Assembly: GCA_963775425.1 (NCBI GenBank)
Contig: CAVZJB010000011.1
Location: 736,001 to 800,000, forward strand
DNA length: 64,000 bases
Direction: 5' to 3'
Origin: an uncultured delta proteobacterium
Lineage (GTDB): Bacteria; Myxococcota; UBA727; VGSZ01
Shown here: positions 31,070-41,499 of the stretch, piece by piece
Position numbering within the stretch: the first letter of the stretch is position 1
How the letters are laid out: the number at the start of each line of letters is the position of its first letter
The notes under the pieces: model-generated
Told to the model about the DNA's origin: nothing
Seen by the model: only the letters and a program-made list of their open reading frames with translations
Database searches by the model: none
Program-made: the position numbers and the translations under genes

Positions 31070-32403
31070 CTACAGGCGCCCCTGCGCCTTCACGGTGGCG
31101 TACGCCTCCACGGCGAGCGCCGCGGCGCGGGACGCGGGCGCGTCGACGACGACGGCACCGGCGGCTTCGAGGGCGGCGAGCGCCTTGTTGCGGTGCTGCA
31201 GGAGGCGCGCGGCGGCCTCGGCCAGGGGCAGATCCGCGGCGGCCGGCGCCGGCGCCGGCGCACGCGCCAGGCGGGGCAGCGCGGGGTCGCCGAGCGCGAT
31301 GACGACGGGGAGGTGCCGGCCGCGCAGCCGGGTGACGGCCGCGGCGAGCGCGCGCGCGGACGGCTCGTCGAGGACGTCGGTGACGATCGTGAGGAGCGCG
31401 CGGCGCTTCTGCCGCGCGATCAAGAAGCGGGCAAGCTCGCCGTAGTCGGCTTCCTCGGCGGCGCTCTCGACGGCGTTCATGCTCTGCGCGAGGCTGCGCA
31501 GGTGGCCGCGTCCGCTCACCGGCGGGGCGAACGCGCGCACGTCGCCCGCGAACGCGACGAGGCCGGCGCGGTCGCCGCGCGAGAGCGCCGCGGCCGCGAG
31601 GGTGAGCGCGGCGGTCATGGCCACGTCGAGCCGTGCCTCTCCTCCGTCGACGGCGGCGTGCACGCCGCTCAGGTGGCGGCCGGCGTCGACGGCGACGATG
31701 AGGTCCTGCCGCGTCTCCGGCCGCATGCGCTTGACGATGAGCGTCCCGCGCCTCGCGGACACCTTCCACTCGACGAGCCGCGGATCGTCGCCGCTCATGT
31801 ACTCGCGCAAGGAGTCGAGCTCGCGCCCCTCGCGCGGCGCGCGCCGTCGCACGCCGCCCTCGTCGCGGCCGCGCAGGAGGCGCTCCGCGCGCGCGGCGAT
31901 GCGGGCGACGTCGGGGAGGATCTCGATGTCCTCCTCGAGCGCGAGCCGCGCGCGCCGTCGCACGAGCCCGAGCGGCCCGAGCGTTCGCAGCGCGACGCGC
32001 CCGAGCGTGTGCGGGCCGCGGCGCACGAACGTCGCCGTCGTGGTCACCGTGGCCACCTCGCCTGCGCCGAGGGCCACGGCGTGCCGGCGATCGGGGTCGC
32101 CGCCCACGGGGAGCGCGCGCGCGGGCAGCGAGTCGACGACGTCGAGGACCACGCCGCTTTGCGCCGGCGCCGCGAGCGAGAGCCTCAGGTCGGCGGCGCG
32201 GCCCTCGACGAAGTGCTCGGGCAGGATGCGCTCCACGCGCACGCCCCTGGGCGAGCGCGCGAACACCGCGTCGGCGGCGGCGGCGAGCGCGACGCCCGCG
32301 AGGACGAAGATGGCGGCCTCGCCGAACGCGGGCACGCCGAGGCCCATGGCGCCGACGATGGCGACGACGACGAGCAGCCACAAGGCGCGCTCGGTGGGCT
32401 CGA

Positions 32404-32407
<4 letters not shown>
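31070..32407 (-). CDS. DUF58 protein
   Basis: N-terminal TMs; [26 protein letters not shown]; VDAGR; start overlaps the MoxR stop (ATGA). Confidence 0.9.
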
Positions 32408-33378
<971 letters not shown>

Positions 33379-33413
33379 ATGGGGCGCACGATCGTCGACG
33401 ACGAGGGTGGCCG

Positions 33414-33515
33414 TCAACGGGGGCGCAGGTCGTCGCTGACGATGACGTCGTCGAGGACCATGGTGGCGGGGACGGTGCCGTCTTCGACGCGCTCGTCGCC
33501 CGTGATGTCGTTGCG
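33414..33515 (-). pseudogene. Probable 3' gene remnant
   Basis: Codon-biased frame [32 protein letters not shown] with no plausible start. Confidence 0.35.
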
Positions 33516-33547
33516 CGACGCGCAGACAGCGGCGGTAGAATCGCTCC

Positions 33548-34306
33548 ATGCCTCCCGTACCCGAGCGCGGCTCTCGCAGGAGCGGCGCGCGACGAATCGC
33601 CCTCGTCATCACAGGCTGCGCGCTCGCCGCTGCGTGCGCGGCGCCGCCCCCCGCCGGCCCCGCCGTCGCCGTGCGCCTGCCCGCCGGCGACTGCCGCCCC
33701 GGCGACGACTGCGCCTTCGACTTCGGCGCCGTCGACGCCGAAGGCAGCAGCGTCCGGGCCTTCGACATCGTCAACACCGGCGACGACGACACCGAGGTCA
33801 CCAACGTCGGCCTCGTCGGCGATCCTTCGTTTCGCATCGGCTCCGCGGTGGAAGATCAACTGCACGCCGGCGGCAGCATCCCCTTCGCCATCGAGGTGAG
33901 CCCGAGGACGGCCTCGACCATCACCGCCGACCTCCGCATCACCAGCGGCGTCGGCGTCGTCGACGTCTTGTTCAGCGCCACCGGGATTGCGCGGGGCGTG
34001 GAGCTCACGCCGCACGTGTGCTCTTTCCGCGACGTCCCCGTCGGCGCCACGTCGGAGCCCTGCACGCTCACGTTCGAAAACTCCGGCGACGCCACCAGCG
34101 TCATCGACGACCTGCGGCTCGGCCCCGCCGTCTTCCAGCCCACCGCCGCGCTCGTCCTGCCGTTGTCCATCGCGCCCGGCGAGCGCGTCGACGTCGACGT
34201 CGTCGCGCGGCCCGAGGAGCGGGGCCGCGTCTCCGGCGCCGTCTCCTTCCTGAAGGACTCCATCGAGGTCAGCGGCGCCGCCGTCCTCGACGTGAACGGG
34301 ATCTGA
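33548..34306 (+). CDS. Lipoprotein with two Ig-like (choice-of-anchor D/ASH-like) domains
   Basis: AAAC lipobox; FDFGAV...FDIVNTGD and FRDVPVG...LTFENSGD repeats; TAGAAT-N6-ATG. Confidence 0.75.
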   Translation: MPPVPERGSRRSGARRIALVITGCALAAACAAPPPAGPAVAVRLPAGDCRPGDDCAFDFGAVDAEGSSVRAFDIVNTGDDDTEVTNVGLVGDPSFRIGSAVEDQLHAGGSIPFAIEVSPRTASTITADLRITSGVGVVDVLFSATGIARGVELTPHVCSFRDVPVGATSEPCTLTFENSGDATSVIDDLRLGPAVFQPTAALVLPLSIAPGERVDVDVVARPEERGRVSGAVSFLKDSIEVSGAAVLDVNGI

Positions 34307-35216
34307 CGAGCAGCGCCGCCAGCGCGCGCGCCTGTGCTTCGGCGGCGGGCGCCCCGCGCGCGTCGTCGCCGGCGCGCGGGGGGTCGCCGGGGCGAGGCGC
34401 CAGCGACAGCAGCGACAGCGGCACCAGCAGCGCCAGCGCGAACAGCGCCGTGAGCGGTCCGGTGCCGCGGGCGGCGGCGGCGATGAGCGCGATCTTCCTG
34501 CGCGAGCCGTGGTGCCGCTCGTCGACGACCACCGTGCGCCCGCCGGCCTCAGCGAGCAGGAACGCGGCGTTCCCCGCCTGCGCGATGCCGTCGTTGGCGA
34601 GCACCGTGGCGCTGCCGACCACGCTCACCATCCCCGCGCCGAGCGACCGCTTCACCACCACGCCGTCGTGGCCCGACGACCACGCCACGAACGCGGGCGC
34701 CTTGGGCCGCGGCTCGACGCGGCCCGTGCCGCGCACGTAGAGCGGCGGCGCGTACGCGGGCATGGATCCGGTGGCGCGCGTGAGCAGCTCGTCGCCGATG
34801 GGCACGTCGACGCGCTTGCATTCGACGCCCACCGCCTCGAGGAGCGGGCGCAGCCGCTCGTTGCGCACGCCCTCGTCGTCGTCGCACAGCACGAGGAGGT
34901 GGTCGCCTTGCTTTACGCGGCCGAGCGCCTCGTCGACGTCCGCGCGGCTCCATTCCGAGCCCTCGGGGGGAGGCACCACCAACAGCGCGCCGCCGGCGGT
35001 GCTCGACGGGAGCGGGTCGTCGAAGCGCGCGCGCACCACGACGGGCACCGCCTCCGCGGCGAGCAGGAGCCGCAGCCCGAGCAGCCCGCGCGGCGCGCCG
35101 TTTGTCACGCTGGCGGTGGGGTCGGTGTTGGCGGCGTCGCCGCAGCCCTTGATCAGCGCGGCCCCGAGCACGACGAGGAGCACCGTGACGACGACGATGC
35201 GGCCCGCGCCGCTCAT
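34269..35216 (-). CDS. DUF4350 protein
   Basis: N-terminal [40 protein letters not shown]-terminal TM; typical of MoxR operons. Confidence 0.75.
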   Translation of the reverse strand: MSGAGRIVVVTVLLVVLGAALIKGCGDAANTDPTASVTNGAPRGLLGLRLLLAAEAVPVVVRARFDDPLPSSTAGGALLVVPPPEGSEWSRADVDEALGRVKQGDHLLVLCDDDEGVRNERLRPLLEAVGVECKRVDVPIGDELLTRATGSMPAYAPPLYVRGTGRVEPRPKAPAFVAWSSGHDGVVVKRSLGAGMVSVVGSATVLANDGIAQAGNAAFLLAEAGGRTVVVDERHHGSRRKIALIAAAARGTGPLTALFALALLVPLSLLSLAPRPGDPPRAGDDARGAPAAEAQARALAALLVRSRSRRGRRRR

Positions 35217-36118
35217 GCGGCGCCCTCGGCGGCGGCGAGGCGGCGGGCGGCGTCGTCGACGCTGCGCAGGAAGGCGAAGGCGTCGTCGAGCGCAGCCGGC
35301 TTGCCGAAGAACATGGCGTCGAAGGAGGCGAGGGCCGGGCGCACGGTGTCGGCGACGTCGGCGCGCAGCCGCCGCAGGATCTCGCGATGCGTGCGCGCCG
35401 GCGTGACGGCGCGCGCGTCGAGCTCGCCCACGCGGGCGAGCAGCGCGGCCTCGCCGGCGCGCAGGGCGCCGCGGGCGTCGCCGCCGTCGAGCGCGCGCTG
35501 CGCCTGCTCGCGCCAGGCGGCGAAGGCGCGGGTGCGCTCGCGGATGACGGCGGCCGCCGTGCGCGCCGCCGCCCGCGCCTTCTTCGTGCGGCGGAAATTG
35601 CGCGCGAGGCGCACGGCGACGAGCAAGACGACGACGGCGAGCAGCGAGAGGTACACGAGGCGCGCGCTGGTCGCGTACGCGCGCAGGCCCGCGCTCTCGA
35701 ACAGCGACGCGAGCCACGCCTGGACGCGGTGCTCGATGCGGTCGATGAGATCGTCGCCCGTGCGCACGCCGCCGAAGCGCGGATCGCGGGCCATGATGCC
35801 GGCCACCTCGGCGGCGGGGTCTCCCTCGCGCGGCCTCGGGGCGCAGCCGTCGCGCAGGGCGCCGCCGACGACCTCCCACGAGCGCCCGAGCGAGCCCTCG
35901 TCGCCGGCGAGCTCCCGGGCCCGGGCGGTCACGGGCGCGGCGTCGGCGGGCAGCAGCGCGAGCACCTCGTCGAGCTTGTGCATGTCGTCGGCGCCCTCGG
36001 CCGCGAGGGCCTCCGCCCTCGCACACCACGGCGCCGCCTCCGCGGGGGACGAGCCGGCAGCGGGGGACGCGGCGACGGCGGGCGACGCGGCGAGGAGCGC
36101 GACGGCGAGCGGGATCAC
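35213..36118 (-). CDS. DUF4129 protein
   Basis: Signal peptide, TM, GDARGALR...PARTHREIL...FDAMFFG; overlapping start/stop on both sides. Confidence 0.75.
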   Translation of the reverse strand: MIPLAVALLAASPAVAASPAAGSSPAEAAPWCARAEALAAEGADDMHKLDEVLALLPADAAPVTARARELAGDEGSLGRSWEVVGGALRDGCAPRPREGDPAAEVAGIMARDPRFGGVRTGDDLIDRIEHRVQAWLASLFESAGLRAYATSARLVYLSLLAVVVLLVAVRLARNFRRTKKARAAARTAAAVIRERTRAFAAWREQAQRALDGGDARGALRAGEAALLARVGELDARAVTPARTHREILRRLRADVADTVRPALASFDAMFFGKPAALDDAFAFLRSVDDAARRLAAAEGAA

Positions 36119-37071
36119 GGCGGGGACGGGGCCGCCGGCTCGAGGTCGAGGGCTTCGTAGCGGACGCGCAGGTCGTAATAGAAGAGCGTCATCAGGGCGC
36201 CCGAGAAGGGGATGATGAGCGTGGTGCTCGCCACCTGGAGGAGCCCGAACGGGATGATGAACCAGATGGGCATGGACGCGAGCGGTGGGAGGCCGTCGGC
36301 GATGGACCACCCGCTCGCCATGGCGATGAAGAGGCGGGGCAGGGCGAAGAGGGACTGCAGCGGACCGGAGATCGCGAACACGACGAGATAGAGCATGCTC
36401 ACGCGGAACTTGGGCGCCGCGAAGAAGGGCAGCCCCCGCCCGGCGGTGAGCTCCTTGCTTCGCCGCAGCGCGCCGGTGCCGGCGCACCCCTCGACGACGA
36501 TGGCGGGGGTGATCAGCGACCAGCGCAGAAACAGGAAGACGAACCCGATGATGCCGAGCGCGAAGAGCGCCAGCGCGGCCACGCCGCCGGCGACGCCCGC
36601 GGCTCTTTCACCCGAGGTGAACCCGACGACGGCGCCGACGGCGGCGGCGAGCGCCGGCACGAACGCGGCGAGCAGGAGCAGCGTGACCAGGAGCGTGGTC
36701 AGCACCGTGGCCGCGCCGCGGTCGGCGACGGCGCGGAGCGCCTCGGGCACCGTCGGGACGCGTCGCTCCCAGCCCGCCGACGCCATGGCCGTCGACGCGA
36801 CGCTCGCGAGCACCACGGCGAGCTGCCCGCCGAACAGCAGGCCGAGCCCGCCGACGGCGGAGCCGAGCACGGTGACGAGGTCGCCGGTCCCCGCGCGCGT
36901 GGGATCGAGGTTCTTCAAGACCGCGAAGGCCGACTGCGCCGCCTCCGACAGCAGCACGTTGGCGGCGCAGAAGGGCAGCGCCATCACATAGAAGACCTTG
37001 AAGTGGCGCCGGAGCAGAGCGATGGAGTCGCTCAAGATCTCCCCGGTGGTGCGCGGCACCCGCTCGGTCAT
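36115..37071 (-). CDS. Multi-pass membrane protein of the MoxR/DUF4129 operon
   Basis: PRTTGEILSDSIALLRRHF, VVEG...ALRRSKEL, LFYYDLRVRYEALDL. Confidence 0.85.
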   Translation of the reverse strand: MTERVPRTTGEILSDSIALLRRHFKVFYVMALPFCAANVLLSEAAQSAFAVLKNLDPTRAGTGDLVTVLGSAVGGLGLLFGGQLAVVLASVASTAMASAGWERRVPTVPEALRAVADRGAATVLTTLLVTLLLLAAFVPALAAAVGAVVGFTSGERAAGVAGGVAALALFALGIIGFVFLFLRWSLITPAIVVEGCAGTGALRRSKELTAGRGLPFFAAPKFRVSMLYLVVFAISGPLQSLFALPRLFIAMASGWSIADGLPPLASMPIWFIIPFGLLQVASTTLIIPFSGALMTLFYYDLRVRYEALDLEPAAPSPP

Positions 37072-37127
37072 CGCGCCCCCTGGGCGGTCCATTTGGCCCT
37101 CCGCCCGAAGACGCTAGCATTGCCACG

Positions 37128-38714
37128 ATGCGCACACCCACCCTGAGCGTGGCCGCCGGCCTCGTCCTCGTCCCGGCGCTCGCCGCGTTGCTCGCCGCCG
37201 CCCCCGGCCACGCCGAACCTGCCGCGGGCGGCGCCAGCACCGCCGCGGCCGGCGGCGCCACCGCCGCGGCCGGCGCCGCCACCACCGGGGATGCCGCCGC
37301 CCCGGGTGCGGCGCCCCATGAGCTCGCCGGCGCCCAGGCCTTCGAGGACAAGCTCGCCACCGGCGCCCTCGAGGCCGGCGCCATCAAGCCGTGCACCGCG
37401 TCCGCGTCGTTGGACGCCCCCGAGGACGGCTCGTTGTCGGGGAAGATCAAAAACGCCCTCGCCGCCGGCAACATCGCCATCGCGCTCGTGCTCGTCCTCT
37501 TCGGTGGGTTTTTGACGGCGCTGTCGCCGTGCGTCTACCCGCTCATCCCCATCACGCTCTCCATCCTCGGCGCGCGGCAGGCCGGGTCGCACACCAAGGG
37601 GTTCCTCCTCGCGAGCACGTACGTCGGCGGCATGGTGATCCTCTACTCCACGCTCGGCGTCGCGTTCGCCGCGTTCGGCTTCCTCGCGGGGTCGGCGCTG
37701 CAAAGCCCCGTCGTCACCATCGGCGTCGCGCTCTTTTGCATGCTGATGGCCGCGAGCATGTTCGGGGCGTTCGAGCTCGCTTTGCCCTCGAGCGTCCAGA
37801 CCCGGCTGTCCCAGGCCGGCGGCGGCGGCTTCAAGGGCGCCTTCATCATGGGCCTCGTCGCGGGCATCATCGCGGCGCCCTGCACGGGCCCCGTGCTGAG
37901 CTTCATCCTGGCGCTCATCGCCCGCGACGGCTCCGTGGCCAAGGGCGCGCTCTTGATGTTGACCTACGCGCTCGGCATGGGCTTCCCGTTCCTCGTGCTC
38001 GGGACCTTCTCGCAGGCGGTGGCGCGCATGCCCAAGAGCGGCCGCTGGATGGAGGTGGTGAAGAGCATCTTCGGCCTCCTGATGCTCGGCGCCGGCCTCT
38101 ATTACCTGCGCATCGGCGTCCCCGCCGTCGGCGACGCCTTCGCCCCGCTCGGCAAGAGCCCGTGGCTCGGCCCCGCGCTCGTGGTGCTCGGCGTCCTCCT
38201 GGGCGCGCTGCACCTGTCGTTCAAGATGAGCTCCTCGCCGGAGAAGGCCCGCAAGGCGGCCGGCGTCGCCCTCGCCACCCTCGGCATCGTCTCGTTCATC
38301 GCCTGGGCGGTGGCCGGCCCCGCGGAGAGCGCGGCCGGGGGCATCGCCTGGACCGTGGTGAAGAACGAGGCCGACGGCACCGCCAAGGTGGACGCCGCGC
38401 TCGCCGCCGCGAAGAAGGACTGCAAGCCCGCGATGATCGACTTCTTCGCCGAGTGGTGCGTCGCCTGCAAAGAGCTCGACCACAAGACCTACGTCGACGG
38501 CGCCGTCCAGCAGGAGGCGCAGCGCTTCGCCGCGCTGAAGATCGACGCCACCGACGACTCGCCCGCGCTCGACGCGCTCCGCAAGCGCTACGGCGTCCAG
38601 GGCCTGCCGACGGTGGTCTTCGTCGACGGCAACGGCACGGTCCGCGAGCGCCCGCGCATCACCGGCTTCGTCGACGCGCCGACGTACCTGGAGCTGATGA
38701 AGTCCGTGCGCTGA
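37128..38714 (+). CDS. dsbD: Thiol:disulfide interchange protein DsbD (TM plus thioredoxin domains)
   Basis: TALSPCVYPLIP, AAPCTGP, PKSGRWM, DFFAEWCVACK. Confidence 0.9.
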   Translation: MRTPTLSVAAGLVLVPALAALLAAAPGHAEPAAGGASTAAAGGATAAAGAATTGDAAAPGAAPHELAGAQAFEDKLATGALEAGAIKPCTASASLDAPEDGSLSGKIKNALAAGNIAIALVLVLFGGFLTALSPCVYPLIPITLSILGARQAGSHTKGFLLASTYVGGMVILYSTLGVAFAAFGFLAGSALQSPVVTIGVALFCMLMAASMFGAFELALPSSVQTRLSQAGGGGFKGAFIMGLVAGIIAAPCTGPVLSFILALIARDGSVAKGALLMLTYALGMGFPFLVLGTFSQAVARMPKSGRWMEVVKSIFGLLMLGAGLYYLRIGVPAVGDAFAPLGKSPWLGPALVVLGVLLGALHLSFKMSSSPEKARKAAGVALATLGIVSFIAWAVAGPAESAAGGIAWTVVKNEADGTAKVDAALAAAKKDCKPAMIDFFAEWCVACKELDHKTYVDGAVQQEAQRFAALKIDATDDSPALDALRKRYGVQGLPTVVFVDGNGTVRERPRITGFVDAPTYLELMKSVR

Positions 38715-39443
38715 CTACGGGCGGCCGACGACGTCGAGGTCGACGAGGAGGTCGGTGACGATGCTGTCGACGAGGGCGCCGGCGCCGCCGCTGCCGTCGT
38801 CGGTGGTGGCGTAGTCGACGCCGTCGATGGTGGTCTTGGCGACGATGTCGTAGCTGGCGCCGACGGTGACGGGCTCGAAGTCGAAGGTGGCGGTGCCGCC
38901 GGCGCAGGTGACGGTCTTGTCCTGAACCACGACGTCCTCACCGAGCGGCGCGCTGTTTTCGCGCAGGGTGAAGGTGAAGCTCTGGGCGCCGGCGTCGCCG
39001 CAGTCCTGGCCGATGACGGTGAAGCGCGAGTGGAGCCGCCCCTTCACGAGGGCGATGTCCGTGTTCACCGGGGCCGACGCGTCCTCGCCCGGGTAGGCGC
39101 CGGCGCCGGGCGCGAGCGCGATGGGGCCGACGGTCCCGAAGAGCACGTCCTTGCCCTCGACCTTCTCGACGAGGTCGAGGAAGAGATTGGAGAAGGCCGC
39201 CGACTGCACGGTGGCTGCGGCGTCGCCGCACTTGGCGACCGTGGTCTCCTCGACGGGGCTCGCGTCCTGGCTGTCGCGCTGCTCGAGGCGGAGCTGGACG
39301 GTGGCGTCCGTGAGCGCGCCGCACTCGTCGGCGGGCGCGAAGCCGTCGATGGTCCAGGCGACATTGACGTCGAAGCGCGGCGCGCAGCCGGCGAAGAGCG
39401 CGGCGGCGACGGGGACGAGGAGGGCGAACGGAACGCGGGTCAT
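38715..39443 (-). CDS. Hypothetical lipoprotein
   Basis: MTRVPFALLVPVAAALFAGC lipobox; two Cys-paired beta-rich modules. Confidence 0.75.
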   Translation of the reverse strand: MTRVPFALLVPVAAALFAGCAPRFDVNVAWTIDGFAPADECGALTDATVQLRLEQRDSQDASPVEETTVAKCGDAAATVQSAAFSNLFLDLVEKVEGKDVLFGTVGPIALAPGAGAYPGEDASAPVNTDIALVKGRLHSRFTVIGQDCGDAGAQSFTFTLRENSAPLGEDVVVQDKTVTCAGGTATFDFEPVTVGASYDIVAKTTIDGVDYATTDDGSGGAGALVDSIVTDLLVDLDVVGRP

Positions 39444-39510
39444 GGATCGGGCCTCGGTCTTCAGGGAGCCCGTTTCTGCCATGGTTGCGTGCCGTCGTCG
39501 AGCGCGCGGC

Positions 39511-40455
39511 TCAACGGACGATGAACCGGCGGGGGTTCACCGGAACACCGTTGATGCGCACCTCGTAGTGGAGGTGCGGTCCGGTGGAGCGGCCCGTGGT
39601 GCCGATCTTCCCGATGTGCTGGCCGCGCTCCACCTTGTCGCCGGGCTTCACCAGGATGGACGACAGGTGGCCGTAGAGCGTGGTGATGCCGCCGCGCATG
39701 TGGTCGACGACGATGCAGTTGCCGTAGGCGGCGTGCTCGCCGGCGAGGATGACCACGCCGCTGGCGGGGGCGACGACGTCGGTGCCCTCGCGGGCGGCGA
39801 TGTCGAGGCCGGAGTGGAAGGAGTGCTCCCCGGTGAAGGGGTCCTCGCGGCTGCCGAAGCCCGAGGTCAGAAGGCCACGCGCCGGCGCGATGGACGGCGT
39901 GGACTTCAGCATGATCTCCTGCTTGCCGAAGTAGTCCACCAGCTCCGACAGCGACTGCAGCTCGCGGTTGGCCTCCTGGGCCAGGCCAGCCACGCGGCTG
40001 TCGAGGAGCGCGTTCCTGAGCTGCTCGACGGCCGGGTCGTCGCCCACGGCGGGCACGGCGAAGGGATCGATCTCGCTCGGGACGTCGGCGCCGCCCTGGG
40101 GGTTGGCCTTGAGCGGGCCCATGGCCAGCCCGCGCTCGTCGTCGCGCAGGTCCGTCATGGCGCGCAGCTTCTCGTCGAACTGCTTGACCTGGACGATGCG
40201 CGCGTCGACGTCGTCGACCTTGGACTCGAGCAGCGCGATGCGGTCCTTGAGCTTGCCGTTCTCCTCGCGGAGCGTGCGCGCCTCGAACACCTGGCCGACG
40301 ATGTACGCGTAGTGCACCATCAGCGACAGGATGGCGCCCACGATGGCGACGACGACGATGGCGCCGAGATAGATGGCTTTCTTGGGGACCTGCACGCGCC
40401 GCACGTGCGCGTGGGCCTCCGGGACGATCATGAGAGTGAAGTTCTTGCTCGCCAC
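39511..40455 (-). CDS. M23-family peptidase with N-terminal TM and coiled coil
   Basis: TSGFGSREDPF, HSGLD, YGHL, STGPHLHYEV. Confidence 0.93.
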   Translation of the reverse strand: MASKNFTLMIVPEAHAHVRRVQVPKKAIYLGAIVVVAIVGAILSLMVHYAYIVGQVFEARTLREENGKLKDRIALLESKVDDVDARIVQVKQFDEKLRAMTDLRDDERGLAMGPLKANPQGGADVPSEIDPFAVPAVGDDPAVEQLRNALLDSRVAGLAQEANRELQSLSELVDYFGKQEIMLKSTPSIAPARGLLTSGFGSREDPFTGEHSFHSGLDIAAREGTDVVAPASGVVILAGEHAAYGNCIVVDHMRGGITTLYGHLSSILVKPGDKVERGQHIGKIGTTGRSTGPHLHYEVRINGVPVNPRRFIVR

Positions 40456-40576
40456 GGCGTCCGTTCAGCTCTCGGGTCTGGATCTGTGAGTCTTGTTGCG
40501 GGTATGCGTGACTAAAACGCTCGTAGATTCACTGTCAACCGGATCTCGTCGGAGACACACCCTGGACCGCAAAGGG

Positions 40577-41425
40577 TCAGGACGCCCCGGCGTTGAAGGC
40601 GGCGCCCCCCGGCACCGGCTCTTTGAAGGACTCCGCGTCGTCGTCCCAGGCCACGTCCTCGCCGTCGACGACGTAGGCCACCACGACGGTGCAGTTGTCG
40701 TCGCCACCGCGGCTGTTGGCCATGTCGATGAGGGTCTCCGGGACACGGTGCAGGAAGTTGTCGCTGACGACGTCGTTTATCTCCGGATCCGTGACCAGGT
40801 TGCACAGGCCGTCCGAGCACATGAGGTAGGCGTCCCCGGCCTTGACCTCGACCGCGATCATGTCGACCTCTACGTCGGCGTCGAAGCCCACCGATCGCGT
40901 GATGATGTTTTTGAAGCGGCTCTGGCGCGCCTGGGCCTCGGTGATGAGCCCGGCCTTGAGCTGCTCGTTGACGAGGCTGTGGTCCTCCGACAGTTGGAGG
41001 ATACGGCCGTCCCGGATCAGGTAGGCCCGGGAGTCGCCCACGTGGGCCACGAACGCGTGTTTGTCGTGGAACAGGATGGCGGTGGTGGTGGTGCCCATGC
41101 CCTGCAGCTCGCGCACCTGCTGCGACTTCTGGAAGACCGCGTTGCAGGCGCCGCGCACGGCGTCCGAGAGGAGCCGCGCGACCGGGCTGCGCTCGATGGG
41201 GCCCTCGTGCTGCGTCTCCGGGTCCACCACGGTCTTCTGGCCGCGCACGTGCTTCTCCACGGTGCGCACCGAGATGCCCGACGCCATCTCGCCGCCGGCG
41301 TGGCCACCCATGCCGTCCGCGACGATATAGAGGTTGAGGTCCGGCGCGAGGAGATAGCTGTCCTCGTTGTGGTCCCGCTTCATGCCGACGTCGGTCGAGC
41401 CCCACGAGTAAACGCGAAACTTCAT
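40577..41425 (-). CDS. PP2C-type Ser/Thr protein phosphatase
   Basis: TDVGMKRDHNED, VADGMGGH, GTT, HVGDSRAY, CSDGL, GGDDN; alternative ATG at 41434. Confidence 0.95.
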   Translation of the reverse strand: MKFRVYSWGSTDVGMKRDHNEDSYLLAPDLNLYIVADGMGGHAGGEMASGISVRTVEKHVRGQKTVVDPETQHEGPIERSPVARLLSDAVRGACNAVFQKSQQVRELQGMGTTTTAILFHDKHAFVAHVGDSRAYLIRDGRILQLSEDHSLVNEQLKAGLITEAQARQSRFKNIITRSVGFDADVEVDMIAVEVKAGDAYLMCSDGLCNLVTDPEINDVVSDNFLHRVPETLIDMANSRGGDDNCTVVVAYVVDGEDVAWDDDAESFKEPVPGGAAFNAGAS

Positions 41426-41499
41426 GGGCAGCATGCTCGTCGATCAAACGGCGCAGGGCAAGTGTTTCGCGGGTCCCGCGGCCGCGCTAAAGGCCCCGG

